Assembly: GCA_951406725.2 (NCBI GenBank)
Contig: OX597815.1
Span: 211,296,001 to 211,360,000 of the forward strand
Reading direction: 5' to 3'
Source of the DNA: Octopus vulgaris
Lineage: Eukaryota
Length of the DNA stretch: 64,000 nucleotides
Part shown: in pieces, positions 13,655 through 27,129 of the stretch
Layout: each line of letters starts with the position of its first letter
Position numbering within the stretch: the first letter of the stretch is position 1
Translations under genes and position numbers: made by a program
The notes under the pieces: model-generated
The model's database searches: none
Seen by the model: only the letters and a program-made list of their open reading frames with translations
What the model was told of the DNA's origin: nothing

Positions 13655-14027
13655 AGCACTCCGTCGGTTACAACGATGAGGGTTCCGGTTGATCCGAATC
13701 AACAGAACAGCCTGCTCGTGAAATTAACGTGCAAGTGGCTGAGCACTCCACAGACACGTGCACCTTTAACGTAGTTCTCGGGGATATTCAGCGTGACACA
13801 GAGAGTGACAAGGCGAGCCCCTTGAAATACAGGTACAACAGAAACAGGAAGTAAGAGAAAGTTGTGGTGAAAGAGTACAACAGGGATCACCACCATCCCC
13901 TGCCGGAGCCTCGTGGAGCTTTAGGTGTTTTCGCTCAATAAACACTCACAACGCCCGGTCTGGGAATCAAAACCGCGATCCTATGACCGCGAGTCCGCTG
14001 CCCTAACCACTGGGCCATTGCGCTTCC
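13655..14027 (-). mobile_element. tRNA-derived SINE family B (head B, tail X)
   Basis: Head GGAAGCGCAATGGCCCAGTGGTTAGGGC..GGTTTTGATTCCC is shared with 24082 and 36590; tail is shared with 57830-58000. Confidence 0.8.
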
Positions 14028-14784
14028 ACATTCATGAATTACTTCACCATGGATCAACAGCAAGTATACAACCTGCAAGAACTCCTGTACCAAGTGACCC
14101 AGGCAGCAGCATCACAGCCACAACTTCACGTACGACATGTACCGCAACCGGCTCAGTGTCATGGCCGCAACTTCTTGATACAGTTTTTCAACTACCGTGT
14201 ACGATTGACTACGAACTGGTATTCTCATTCTTGTGTCTATGAATATTCTTCTAACTTCTCATTATAGACTCTTTCACTGCTTGCTTCTTCATTACTATTC
14301 TTATATGTACTTAACACACAAGCATACTTCCATGCCTATACACACATACATTATGTTTCAGGCCTATACACACATACATCACGTATCATGAAGGCCTGTC
14401 TATTATTCTGCATACATGACGCACACACAAACACACATGTTAACGTATCAATAGATTTTCTCTTAAACATTCTACTCGGCAGTGTCTCTCTTTTCCCTCT
14501 GGTACATATATGTATTATTCCTTTTATATTTATGGTAAGGGCTGTGTAATGTACTAAATACTCATTCTCGTTACCTCACATCACATGGTCCTTACAAGTA
14601 CTTGGATTGCAAATGCATAGCCTTCGATCTGATGTAGCGGTCACGAGTCCAAGAGACGATTTGCTTTAAGTCAATATTACTGTCTTCTAAGGCTGTGAGC
14701 TGACAAAATCATTAACACATTGGGCAAAATGCTTAGCAGCATTTTGTCTGTCTTTACGCCCTGAATTCAAATGCTGCCGGGCTC

Positions 14785-14836
<52 letters not shown>

Positions 14837-14854
14837 TATATACATTTATATTCA

Positions 14855-14901
<47 letters not shown>

Positions 14902-14946
14902 CTAAATAAAATATATATACATAAATCTAAATAAAATATATATACA

Positions 14947-14979
<33 letters not shown>

Positions 14980-15542
14980 GCATATACATATGCATCTATA
15001 TATATACATATATATGTGCAGATGTATATACACATATATACATGCATATATATAGATAAAAACTTGTGTGTGTATGCATGTATATATGTAAGTGAGATAA
15101 GTATCCCTTTTAATAGTTTCAATATTAATAGTTAAATTTATATAACAGTGAAAGTATTAAAACTGAAAGTATCTCACATTACAATAGAGAAGTTATTGTT
15201 TCACTTTTGACACGTAATACTGAATTAGTGTAAGAGATAAGAGATTGCTTCGGGCTCGAATTAAGCGAGAAGTTGAAAATTATTTGCAGCCCATGACACT
15301 GCATGGACATTAAGTAAGGCATGTGTAAAATTTGAATGAAATTGGTTGGGTAGTTCCTGAGTTTAATGATCCACACATACAGATGCACAGATGGATAGAC
15401 AGATAGACAAACACACATTCACATTTTTATATACATAGATTCATTCACACACACACACACACATATATATATATGTACACACACATCTATATATATAAAA
15501 CTGAGAATGTGTATGTATGTCTGTCTGTGTGTATATAATAAT

Positions 15543-15767
15543 TATGATTTCGTAAATAGAGCTAATTAATATTTAACCAATACCAAACCCGTAGAGCTTT
15601 TTTATAATGGTGTACTTAATGAAATATTCTAGATACCAAACACCTGTTGTACCATTGTGGACAACAGGTGTTCGGTCTCTAGAATATTTCGGTAAGTACT
15701 CCATTATAAACACTCCACAGTTTTGGTTTTGGATAAATATTAATTAGCTCTGTTTATGAAATCATAA
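15543..15767. repeat. Foldback palindrome, ~110 bp arms
   Basis: TTATGATTTCGTAAATAGAGCTAATTAATATTTA...ACACCTGTTGT pairs with ACAACAGGTGTT...TAAATATTAATTAGCTCTGTTTATGAAATCATAA. Confidence 0.85.
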
Positions 15768-16139
15768 GTGCTATTCAGGTTGTTGACATATTGGGGATTC
15801 CTGTTTTACTTTAGCACTAGTTTTATCCTACGACTATTCATACACCTTGGAAACCCTACGTAAAGAGATGACCCATCAATTATTTCTCAAGCTCATTTGT
15901 TTGCTCACTATTTTGCCTGTCGACTTCAAGCTTCATAATGCAATATGGTATGATTCTAATATATTGAGCCTTCTGGCCTCATCTCGAGGCCCATTTCTTT
16001 CTGCTTCCCTCTTCTCTTCATTTATTTTGTTTTATATATTTTATGTATTTGTATTCACTCTGATGAAGCTCCATGTACTAGATCGAATGTGCTATAAAGA
16101 TGGTGACTATTATTTCGGAATTATCTTTGATAGCACAGA

Positions 16140-16610
16140 ATGATATCAGTAGCCAAACAAATGGCAGAGCTTGAAGCAGTCCAATGCGACTACACTAAAA
16201 AGATTGAAATAGTGCAGTGTATGAACTACAGAGATAGGCTCAGAAAACTACAGCTTTACTCCCTAGTGCAAAGCCATGAGAGATATGTAATAATATACAT
16301 ATGGAAAATCCTAGAAGAGCTACTACCAAACTTTAGCATTGAGTGTTATACAAATGCCAGAACTGGCCACCATTGTACTGTACCAAAGGTGCCATCTAAA
16401 TTCAGGCTCATGTATTGCAACAGTCTACAGTTCAAAGGCCCACAGATCTTCAATGCCCGGCCACAAGAATTAAGTAATTTGCATAAGGTGAAAGTAGACG
16501 TCTTCAAAAAGGAATTAGACATCTTCTCCTCCACAATATCAGATGAACCAACAGTCCTATATGAGGTACAGACAAGGGCAGCGAAATCAAACTCCATTAT
16601 ACATAAAAAT
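16140..16610 (+). mobile_element. LINE (CR1/L2-group) ORF2 C-terminal fragment
   Basis: ORF 16140-16670: LEAVQ..YTKKI..NYRDRLRKLQLYSL..ERYVIIYIWKIL..GPQIFN..FKKELDIF, the typical post-RT region. Confidence 0.75.
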
Positions 16611-19129
16611 TTTCTAAATTTTATTGCTACCCTGGAATTTATTGATAATGATATAATGATTTTTGGCTAATTTTGGAAGAAAATCGGCATTTTTTGTATT
16701 TGCTGCCGATAAAAAAACATGCTTGTGAGGTGGATTTTGAAAAATTATAACATATAAACACAAGGCATATTCTGTATCGCCCCATCTTTATATGTTAATT
16801 TTGGCTTTCCTGCTGACAAGAGCTTCACCAAGTAAATTATTTTATTTGCTGAATATTGCTTGAAACCATGGTACAGGAAATAAAGGGTAAATGTTTTTAT
16901 TTTTCATTCCTTTTCAAAATTACACCTAATAGTGGTTTGGAGTTTAACTACTCCTTCTAGTGGGTCAGATGTCCTGTTATGGCCATCTCTTGTGTGTTTA
17001 AATGTACACTGTATTTTTATATGAATAATATATCGTGTATTGACTAGTCTTTTTCTTCTTGCTAGACAACTGGTAGCAAAGAATGGTGCAGCCTCCTGGC
17101 TTACTAGTCCCCAGTCAAACCATCCAAACTATGCCAGCATGGAAAACAAATGTTAGATGATGATGATGATGATGATGACATACATCTATGTATATCAGCA
17201 CTGGCATGGCTGTGTATTTAAGAGATTATTTTCACAACCATATGGCTTCTGATCCAGTCTTACAGTCTTGGATAAGTGTCCTCTTCTACAACCCCAGGTT
17301 AATCAATGCCTCTGAGTGAAATTTAATGAACAGAAACTGTAAAGATGATCATTATACACATACTGATACACAGTTATGAATGAATGAATGAAATGCATGT
17401 ATGTATGAATGTATGAATGAGAGTGTGTGCGTGTATGAGTGAAAATGTATGTGTTTGTCTCTGCCTATCTTCATATTGACACTGGTGACACTAGTGATCT
17501 ACTCCTATGCCCATTACAATCAAGGCATCACATAGACCATTATTTCAGTATATGAAAACTTGTGGGATGAAATTATATTAACTGAAAACAGATACAGATT
17601 GGCTTCAGGGAGTGCATCCAGCCATAGAATACCGAAGCAATACTTCTTGACCAAACTTTGAGGAAAAAATATGGCCATAAAAATGAAAATGAAAAATTTC
17701 TACATTTTATTTCCATCAATTTCATCTCCGATCTTTGTCAGTTGTTTTATTCCTGAATGTATGCAGAGAACTGAGAAGATTCATAGATCAAATCTATTAG
17801 TTTCTGTTTTCACATTTAGGAATAAGACATCTGATGATCAGTAATTAGCTAATCAAAACATAGTGTATATCTTAGTATAAAGAAAAAAGTTTCTGGTTTA
17901 ATAATCCAAAAACTTATAATTGTATTAATTACAAATTATCTCAGGTATTTATACAGACATTTAATTAATTACGGTGGCTGGTATTAGGCAACTATGTAAT
18001 TAAATTTTATCTGTAGTGTCTTAATTTATATTGCTATCTTTGTCAGCTTTTCATCGACTGAGGATTGCTAGTATCTATTCACATACACAAATAATACAGT
18101 TTTTTCGAGACTCAGGTATATTGGTTTGCCAACTTACATATCCACATAATATATATTGAGCCAATAAAGAAGCCAAGTCTACCACAAATAATATCCTGCC
18201 AGCTTAAGAAAAAGTTAGCAGATATGGCCCCAGGTTCCTTGCAAGTAGAAAAAAAAAGACAAAAGTCATGGTTGGATAGTCTGCTCAGTCAGGGTTGATC
18301 TGAGACTGAACAGGTAGCATAAATATGACCTTGACATCACGTGATAGTTGTAAATGAGTGTCACCATCATGCAAGTGGTGTTTGTCCTTTCCAATCTTTC
18401 AAGAAAACTTGCTTACTTGAAATCAAGTGAGGGCTGGTGACAGGAAGGGCATCCATCCAAAAAGAACCTGCCTCAATAAATACTGTCCAACCCATGCAAG
18501 TATGGAAAAGTAGACATCAATATGATTATGATGATGATGATGCTATACCATATAATGCTACTTATCTTACAGCCATTCCATTTGATGGCAAGTAGACTTA
18601 ATTAATCATCGAGCCTTTACAGATCAAAGACCTGATCTAAATGATTGCAACAAGATCCAAGATGCCAGTGAGAGTGCTAAACTCAGTAGAGATTAAATTT
18701 ACCAACCAAGTAATATATGGAAAGATCTGAACTCAGACAACAAAGATCCAGAACAAATACTGCAAGGCATCTACTCTGGCATTCTGACATCATCATCATC
18801 ATCATCATTATTTAATGTCCGTCTTCCATTCATGGGTTGGACAGTTTGACAGGAGAGGGGACTAGTTGATTACAGTGACTCTAGTGTTTCACTGGTACTT
18901 AGTTTATCGACCCTGCAAAAAGATTAAAGGCAAAGTCGACCTAGGTAGAGTTTGAACTCAGAACCCAAAGACTGACAAAGTGCTGCTAAACATTTCACCC
19001 AGCATGCTAATGATTCTACCAGCTCACAAAATAAATAATATGAAAACTATAGAAAGCTGTATAACACCTGTTATAGAAATCAAAGACACAAAACAAAATA
19101 TAAACAGAAGTGACAAGAAAACATCTTAC

Positions 19130-19250
19130 CACTGCCTTTAGTTTCATTGAATTGATCTTTTATTGTCTTGCATGTGGAGCCATCTCCATGACATACACCA
19201 CATCGGTCCTCCTTGGCTGAAGATTCCAGAACCCAGTCGCAGCCAACACG
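19130..19250 (-). CDS. ADAMTS exon: end of Cys-rich domain and start of spacer, RVGCDWVLESSAKEDRCGVCHGDGSTCKTIKDQFNETKGS(G)
   Basis: TTCCTTACAG acceptor, GTAAGA donor; 121 nt, phase 0/1. VGCD..EDRCGVCxGDGSTC motif; lies within ORF 19080-19310. Confidence 0.95.
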
Positions 19251-19484
19251 CTGTAAGGAAGAAGAAAGTTTATTTTTCAACAGTGAATATGCAATGTGTA
19301 TAAGTGGCAATATGAATAGGAGACATGGGCAATGGAAACGACAACGAGGTTGACAACAAGGAGAAACTTGATGATGATGATTACAATGGTAGAGGTGAAG
19401 ATGATGGTAATGAGGACAATTATTGTCATATTGGTGAAAAGACTCAAAATTTGCGTGTATAAAATCAAAGTAGGTGATTATTAA

Positions 19485-19878
19485 TCTTTATATATAAAAA
19501 TGAGGTTGTGTGCTGTCTGTCTCCTACGATTTAGATTCCTAACTACTCCCACATTTTGCGGTGCAGTTTAACCAAAACCGGGTATCTTATAGTTGTGATT
19601 CACATCGAGCCCTTCTGGGTATTAGCGCACGTCTACGATGAGTCTACGATTTAAAAAAAAATTTACCATCAATTTTTTCCATTTTTAATGCATTTTTGGC
19701 ATATATAAGGGAAGTAACTCTCTAAAAAGTTATTAAATCTCAGAACGCAAAAAGCTACAGTAACACCCCCCACTTTGTGGTTAGCCATATTGAGATGGCT
19801 ATTATACTTTATATCTCTAAAAATGCTTATATAGTTATTTCCCTTACAAACCCGAGCAACGCCGGGCGATACTGCTAG
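19485..19878 (+). mobile_element. Non-autonomous Helitron
   Basis: A|TC 5' end, subterminal CCCGAGCAACGCCGGG hairpin, CTAG|T 3' end, no TSD. Confidence 0.8.
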
Positions 19879-19942
19879 TTTTATATAATTTATATAAACA
19901 GTTGATTATTAATTCCATATAATTTATAAGTACTTACCATTG

Positions 19943-20345
19943 CTCTTTTACTCTTTTACTTGTTTCAGTCATTTGACTGTGGCCATGCTGGAGCACCGCC
20001 TTGAGTCGAGCAAATCTATCCCAGGACTTATTCTTTGTAAACCTAGTACTTATTCTATCGGTCTCTTTTGCCAAACCGCTAAGTTACAGGGACATAAACA
20101 CACCAGCATCGGTTGTCAAGTGATGTTAGGGGGACAAACTCAGACACACAAACATATACACACACACATACATATATATATGATGGGCTTCTCTTCAGTT
20201 TCCATTTACAAAATCCACTCACAAGGCTTTGGTTGGCCCGAGGCTATAGTAGAAGACACTTGCCCAAGGTGCCACGCAGTGGGACTGAACCCAGAACCAT
20301 GTGGTTCGTAAGCAAGCTACTTACCACACAGCCACTCCTACGCCT
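19943..20345 (-). mobile_element. SINE family A, full length
   Basis: Reverse complement of the 52388-52830 element. Confidence 0.85.
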
Positions 20346-20939
20346 ATACCATTGTCAATATAAATTTAATCTTGAGCAAGAAACATCAATTCACTTGCCA
20401 AGCTAGAAACCTCTGATTATTCTTGTATGAAAGATGCACTTAGGCAATATGGACGATAGGTTGTGATGGTTCACATTCTGTCACTAAGACTAATATATAG
20501 TTCCTAACAAAAGTACTTGACTTGCTCTAGTTCAGTCCACATTTCGTCTTCATCAACACCCATTTTCTCCGCTGGACTATAACATAATTATATGAAATAG
20601 TGTGCTGTACTGCACAATTGTGTAGCAATGCGTAGCAATGCATCAAAAATACTCCCATGATCTTGAGAATAAAGACAATAAGTAAAACCATCCTAGAGTA
20701 ACCTTACTTGATGCCTTATATATTTTATATCATATATTTCATGAGTAATAGAATTGTTGAGGATAGGTTTCCAAATGGATCACTGCACTTTCAAAGACGA
20801 TAATGACAAGAAAATACCTGTGCAACACAGGTGGATTAAATGTCACAAGGTTGTTCTCTTCAAATACACCAGTTTGTTTGTTCTTTCATTAATGGTTATA
20901 CCTTTTACCAATATATACTGGGGAAAGCTATACACACAT

Positions 20940-21392
20940 TCTCCCAACCACGTGTTTGTGGGTTCAATACCTGTGTAGCTACTGGGGCAAGTGTCTTCTA
21001 TTATAGCTCCAAATCAACCCAAGCTTTGTGAAGGGATTTGGTGGACAGAAACTAAAAGAAGCCTGTTGGCACCATCTGAGCGTCATCGTTGCCAGAGCAG
21101 CTAACTGGCTTCCGTGTTGGTGGCACGTAAAAGGCACCATTCGAGCGTGATCGTTACCAGCGTCGCCTTACTGGCACCTGTGCTGGTGGCATGTGTAAAA
21201 AGATTCGAGCGAGGTCATTTCCAGTACCCACTACACTCTCAGAGTGGTTGGCATTAGGAAGAGCATCGAGCTGTAGCAACTCTGCCAGATCAAGATTGGA
21301 GCCTGGTGCAGCCATCTGGTTTGCCAGCCCTCAGTCAAAATCGTCCAACCCATGCTAGTATAGAAAGCGGACGTTAAACAATGATGACGATG
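20940..21392 (+). mobile_element. SINE A head joined to family D repeat ending in (GAT)n
   Basis: Family A head to ~21065, then GGTGGCACGTAAAA units and the GGAAAGCGGACGTTAAACAATGATGA tail. Confidence 0.7.
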
Positions 21393-21891
21393 ATATATAT
21401 ATATATATATACATACATACATAGAACAGACAACTTTCAGTTTCTGTCTACCAAATCCACTCACAAGGCTTTAGTTGATCTAGAGCTATAATGTGTGTGT
21501 GGGTGTTCAAGAAGCCTCAGTTTCTTGCTTTTCCCCTCTCCCCCACATACATTTTATAAATATAAAAGAATTTATAATTTAATAAAAATTTGGAGTGGGA
21601 CTCTATAGACATAAAATATCCTTGGCTCTTGAACTCTGAATTCTTATAATGCTGTGTTCATCTTGTTTACATTGTTACATCACCAATATTTATTATTTCA
21701 GTTTAACTCGTCAGAAAGCAGGTGTCTGTTCTTCTATAAATCAGGTAATTACAAATTCTGAGAAACCACATTACAGTGGATGATTTATCTTTATTATCTG
21801 CTTAAGGCTACAAAGATCAGAGTTAAATGTTGGTTGGCTAGTTGAAGCATTGGAGTTCAAGTGAGGGTTAAGTGTAACAGTTTTGTCTTAC

Positions 21892-22019
21892 CCGGCATTG
21901 TCCATTAATGCATATGTTACGACCAATCAAGGAACAGCGGGTACCATCAGCTGCCATATCTGCTTTCAGCACTGAGAGCTTGACACCTCGAGTTTTGCAA
22001 TAAAGTTGACATGGAGAAC
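21892..22019 (-). CDS. ADAMTS exon: Cys-rich domain, (S)SPCQLYCKTRGVKLSVLKADMAADGTRCSLIGRNICINGQCR
   Basis: TTCACAG acceptor, GTAAGA donor; 128 nt, phase 1/0. CxLYC, DGTxC and CINGxC motifs. Confidence 0.94.
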
Positions 22020-22141
22020 CTGTGAATGTGAAAAATATAATTAAACCTTAAGTAGAGTAGACTAATGTTCAAATTAAAGACGGTTTTTGCTTCCCCAGCA
22101 ACGAAAGAAAGTAATGTTTGTGATGGCAGCAGTTGCAAATG

Positions 22142-22202
<61 letters not shown>

Positions 22203-22285
22203 GGTGGTGGTGGTGGTGGTGGTGGTGGTGGTGGTGGTGGTGGTAGTGGTGGTGGGTGGTGGTGGTGGTGGTGGTGGTGGTGGTG

Positions 22286-22329
<44 letters not shown>

Positions 22330-22448
22330 GGTAGTGGTGGTGGTGGTAGTGGTAGTGGTGGTTGTGGTGGCGGCGGTGGTAGTAGTAGTGGTGGTGGTAG
22401 TAGTAGTGGTGGTGGTGGTGATAGTAGTAGTGTTAGTAGTAGTAGTAA
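22142..22448. repeat. (GTA)n/(GGT)n compound microsatellite about 120 bp upstream of an exon acceptor
   Basis: Seen directly. Confidence 0.97.
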
Positions 22449-23084
22449 TATTAAAAAGGTATAGGTAGTAGTTGCCATTATAATTGTTGTATTATAGTGA
22501 TAGAAACATTTTGTGGTGTTGTCTCTTCCTATAACCATTTATAATTCAAAGACACAATCAATATAATTCTTGTCTTTCGGAAACTTATTGCAAATACAGT
22601 CAATAATGCTTCTGCAGCGATAACTTGAAACCTTACCGCTAGATAATCAGACACTACAACCAAACCTCCATAGTTCCACATAATTGGTAAATTAATTGAC
22701 CAATCAGCCTGAGGCTGAGGTGTAATATTGTTTATTCAAATGTTCTTATTTCCTATTTAAAAAAAAAAAAAACTATTTTGCTACTCAATTAATTGCAATG
22801 TGTTGAAGACAGCCAAGTGACTTGTGCCTCCACTCTTGTTATGGGCATTTATGCAGACATCTTCACATTCTCAGCAAACCCATTCTGAACTCTCATACCA
22901 TGTCTCATAAGTAACTTCTACAGACATGGCGTTCTCTCTCTCTCACAGTCAGCAATTATTTACATTCACTTGTGAAGACCCGTTGAGGCAAGTGGAAATC
23001 GGAAATCAAAATCAAATCAAATCAAATCAAATCAGAAATCAGAACCAAAATCGAAGTTGATCAACATCAATGGAAATTGCTGCT

Positions 23085-23474
23085 GCGATACCAGTGCCGG
23101 TGACACGTAAGTGTACCATCCGATAGTGGCCGTGGCCAGCGCCGCCCCGACTGGCCTCCGTGCCGGTGACATGTAAAAAGCACCATCCAATCGTGGCCAT
23201 TGCCAGCCTCGCCTGGCCTCCGTGCCAGTGGCACGTAAAAAGCACCATCTGTCCGTGGCCGTTTGCCAGCCCTGTCTGGCACCTGTGTGGGTGGCACGTA
23301 AAAAGCTCCCACTACACTCACGGAGTGGTTGGCGTTAGGAAGGGCATCCAGCCGTAGAAACACTGCCAGATCAGACTGGGCTTGGTGCAGCCTTCTGGCT
23401 TCACAGACCCAGGTTGAACTGTCCAACCCATGCTAGCATGGAAAGCGGACACTAAATGATGATGATGATGATGA
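23085..23474 (+). mobile_element. Retroposon family D with internal ~60 bp tandem units and (GAT)n tail
   Basis: Four GCCGGTGGCACGTAAAAAGCACC-like units, then GTTGGCGTTAGGAAGGGCATCCAG...CATGCTAGCATGGAAAGCGGAC. Other copies at 33400, 55045, 38432, 38805, 39223 and 60232. Confidence 0.8.
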
Positions 23475-23877
23475 TTGCAAACCACCAACACCAAATATCT
23501 TCGTGTCTGGCATTAAATACACAGTTAAATGTTTGTGAGCCGTGTCAGTTATTATGCACTCACCTAATGAAATATATCTTCATTTACCTGCTATTCAAAC
23601 AAACCACTATTGCGACACTTCTATTATCAGAACTGCTTCTGCAATAGGTGTTACAGTCACTCTGTGTTTGTTGCTTTTTTTTTATTAATTAGTCACTAAA
23701 AAAAGATACCTACATCATCCATAGCTTTGATAGGTCCTGCAAGATCAGTGATAGAGATACAATTGATGTTTATCTAAAATATATGTTCTTTGAAACTTTT
23801 GGAAAAAAAGAGAGCAGAAAGTGTTTTCCAAAGAGTTGCAATTTTCAGGAAGAATTTTCAAGAAAATTATCTATATA

Positions 23878-24637
23878 GGCATAGGAGTGGCTGAGTGGTA
23901 AGTAGCTTGCTTATGAACCACATGGTTCTGGATTCAGTCCCACTGCGTGGCACCTTGGGCAAGTGTCTTCTACTATAGCCTTGGGCCAACCAAAGCCTTG
24001 TGAGTGGATTTGGTAGACGGAAACTGAAAGAAGCCCGTCGTGTATATGTGTATATACATATATATATATATGTATGTATGTGGAGATGCAATGGCCCAGT
24101 GGTTAGGGCAGCGGACTCGCGGTTGTAGGATCGCTACTTCGATTCCCAGACCAGGCGTTGTGAGTGTTTATTGAGCAAAAACACCTAAAGCTCCACAAAG
24201 TTCCGGCAGGGGGGAGGTGGCAATCCCTGCTGTACTTTTTCACCACAACTTTCTCTCACTCTTTCTTCTTTTGGCCTGCTCGCTTAGCCAGCGGGGTGGT
24301 GTCATTTGAAGGCTAGAACAATGTGAAGCACATTGTGACCAGCGATGTGTAGCAACATCTGATAGCCTGGTTGGTCAAAGTGATCACGGTGATATATATA
24401 TATGCATGTATGTGTATATGTTTGTGTGTCCATGTTTGTCCCCCCCCCCCCCAACATTGCTTGACAACCGATACTGGTGTGTTTACGTCCTCGTAACTTA
24501 GTGGTTCAGCAAAAGAGACCGATAGAATAAGTACTAGGCTTACAAAGAATAAGTCCTGGGGTCGATTCGCTCGACTAAAGGTGGTGCTCTAGCATGGCCA
24601 TAGTCACATGACTGAAACAAGTAAACGAGTAAAAGAG
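23878..24637 (+). mobile_element. SINE family A with a family B SINE nested in its internal microsatellite (24082-24392)
   Basis: Family A head and tail flank a complete family B head with a different tail. Confidence 0.85.
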
Positions 24638-25066
24638 AGAGAGAGAGAGTGTGTGCTATTTAGTGGATGAGGCAAAATAAGGATGGATGACAGATACAAC
24701 TGAAGCTAGTACACAGAGTATTCTGGATCAAAGGAGTAAAGAATGTGATAATGATATAAGAGCAGGAGGAAAGCGACTATTTATTCCTCAATAATAATTA
24801 TTATTATTACTATTGTTACTTTTCTTTTCCAGTGTAGCAAGGCAGAAATAATGATATAAAAAAATCATTATTTGGATTGGACATGAACTGGTTTTATATC
24901 AAACTATGCAGGGTTCCACCAAGCTCTAAGTTAAGTCCTGCAGAGGATGGAATTCATCTCTGATACAAGTGGCAACTTTGTACAATTGGCAGATGATCTA
25001 CTAGTTTACAGTGCTTGATACTTTAACCATAGGACAGAGGAGATATACTTTATCCTTCTAATCTAA

Positions 25067-25460
25067 TCTATATATATATATAAAGCTGAAGTTGTCTGAG
25101 TATGGCAGGTTTGGTAGCCTTCAACTAACACTGTCTCCTCCGAGACCCTGCAGTGCAAGTTGACCAAAATTGAGAGTATGATAGAAGAAGGCTTGCTCTT
25201 CCTTCCGTAGAAGAAAAAATTCAAATCGGACCATGTTAACACCAAAAATTATTTACATCAAAAAGGTGCTTTTTTTCTATGAAAATCCCTATTTTTTACG
25301 ATTTTTTGACTGCTGTGTTGCCATTTTTCGGTGTATTTCAACCAGAAAAATGTTCACTTAAAGAGAATAACAAGCTACATAATGCAAAATTTTTACTTTT
25401 CAAAAATTCCAATTCTAAAGGGTCGAAACAAACCTGAGCAATGCCGGGTGATACAGCTAG
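25067..25460 (+). mobile_element. Non-autonomous Helitron, family 2
   Basis: A|TC...CCTGAGCAATGCCGGG..CTAG|T; highly similar copy at 27871-28251. Confidence 0.82.
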
Positions 25461-25559
25461 TGCTAAATAAAACTGAGATAAATCACCAATCATGTAGATT
25501 CTCGAAAATTCAGATAAGAATTAGCAAGAAATATAGAATGTAACAGAATATATACTTAC

Positions 25560-25665
25560 TTTGCATTCTGACTGGTTCCCACTGGTACAACTGACCGTCA
25601 TACTCTATGTTGTTGTACTTGGCACACTGCTCTTCACGGAAAGTACGGCTACCTTCAGGACATGG
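25560..25665 (-). CDS. ADAMTS exon: start of Cys-rich domain, PCPEGSRTFREEQCAKYNNIEYDGQLYQWEPVRMQ(S)
   Basis: TTTTGTATAG acceptor, GTAAGT donor; 106 nt, phase 0/1. PCP..FRxxQC motif. Confidence 0.93.
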
Positions 25666-25819
25666 CTATACAAAATAGAAACACAAAACATAGAAGAGAG
25701 ACCATCATAACATAAACTATTTAGCTTCTTTCATATGTACAAAGTCAATGGTATACATGATATTCCCTAGATCAATGGTATAATAAGTGTATTAATATTT
25801 TCAGTATTCATTCAGTATT

Positions 25820-26106
25820 CTTCACTCCTGCTCCAGAGCGTCGGCTGCGGGGTCACTCCGAAAAGCTCTATCTGCGACGATTTCATCTCAATCGAAGGAG
25901 AGGGGCTTTCTCCGTCCGGGTTGCAGATCTGTGGAATAAGCTGCCAGACGAGATGGTGAAGATGCCGACGACCGCTCGGTTCAAAGTCTCCCTTGACCTC
26001 AAGTGGCCTGAACTCTTTACATGAACACCACCCTGTACATAACTCCATGTCCCCCTACATGGCCTTGCTTTTTGCTTTTTGAGCCAAAAAATTAACTAAC
26101 TAACTA
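25820..26106 (+). mobile_element. CR1-like LINE 3' end with (AACT)n tail
   Basis: GHSEKLYLRRFHLNRRRGAFSVRVADLWNKLP..FKVSLDLKW, the CR1 C-terminal motif, followed by a 3' UTR and short tandem tail. Confidence 0.8.
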
Positions 26107-26110
26107 CTGT

Positions 26111-26620
26111 GGAGGCACATGGCTTAGTGGTTAGGGTATCAGCATCATGATCGTAAGATTGTGGTTTCGATTCCTGGACCGGGCGACACGTTGTGTTCTT
26201 GAGCAAAACACTTCATTTCACGTTGCTCCAGTCCACTCAGCTAGCAAAAATGAGTAACGCTGCGATGGACTGGCGTCCCATCCAGCTGCGGAACACATAC
26301 GCCATTGAAACCGGGAAACCGGGGCCATGAGCCTGGCTAGGTTTTAAAAAGGGCGCATTTATTAGTGGAGGCACATAGCTTAGTGGTTAGGGTGTCAGCA
26401 CCATGATCGTAAGATTGTGGTTTCGATTCCTGGACCGGGCGACGCGTTTGTGTTCTTGAATAAAACACTTCATTTCATGTTGCTCCAGTCCACTCAGCTG
26501 CCAAAAGTGAGTAACGCTGCGATGGACTGGCGTCCTGTCCAGCTGGGGGGAACACATACGCCATAGAAACCGGGAAACCGGGCCCATGAGAATGGCTAGG
26601 CTTTAAAAGGGCACATTCAT
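26111..26620 (+). mobile_element. Head-to-tail dimer of SINE family B'
   Basis: Two ~255 bp units starting GGAGGCACAT(G/A)GCTTAGTGGTTAGGG at 26111 and 26367. Confidence 0.88.
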
Positions 26621-27129
26621 TATTATTATTATTATTCATTCTACTAAATTCAAAAGTGATCAACTGCAAAGATGACTCTGGAACTATAATAATAACAAAT
26701 GATGAAGATAGCAACACTTTATATAATACTCATTTTTTTTCTACTCTCTGTCAAATACTAACACATACATTATGATGTTTTATGCTCTAAGTTATTGGCA
26801 AATGATGATAAATAACATAACTGTAGTAGCAAAAGTCAAGGATATTTCAATTCAGGTCTCTGAAATTTAATTTCAGTCACTTCATCTAGATGTGTTATAT
26901 TAATGGCTATAAAACTAACTTTATTATTTTCCCTTTGAATTTGAAGTGTTTTATCGTCATCTTATTTGTATCACTGTTAGAAATTTCCAAATTAGAGAAA
27001 GCTCAAATACAATACATTTCATTCATTTGTCTTCAATTTTGATATATTATTTTAATTCCTTTAAAACAATGGCTTTCCTGGAAAAATATTTTTCTAATGC
27101 AGAGAGAGTATATTGAATGATGACACATG

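Noticed and set aside
1-19129. Further ADAMTS spacer exons downstream
   Set aside because: No convincing spliceable spacer-like peptide was found by eye; a short exon could have been missed.
22065-22538. Poly-P/T/G/S/V ORFs
   Set aside because: Trinucleotide microsatellite in an intron; no splice context.
23095-23310. CRISPR-like repeat-spacer pattern
   Set aside because: Eukaryotic context, degenerate repeats, related spacers and no cas genes; it is an internal minisatellite of a retroposon.
26111-26185. tRNA gene-like sequences at SINE heads (also 24082, 36590, 52388)
   Set aside because: They continue into SINE bodies, lack a full cloverleaf and occur as many diverged copies.
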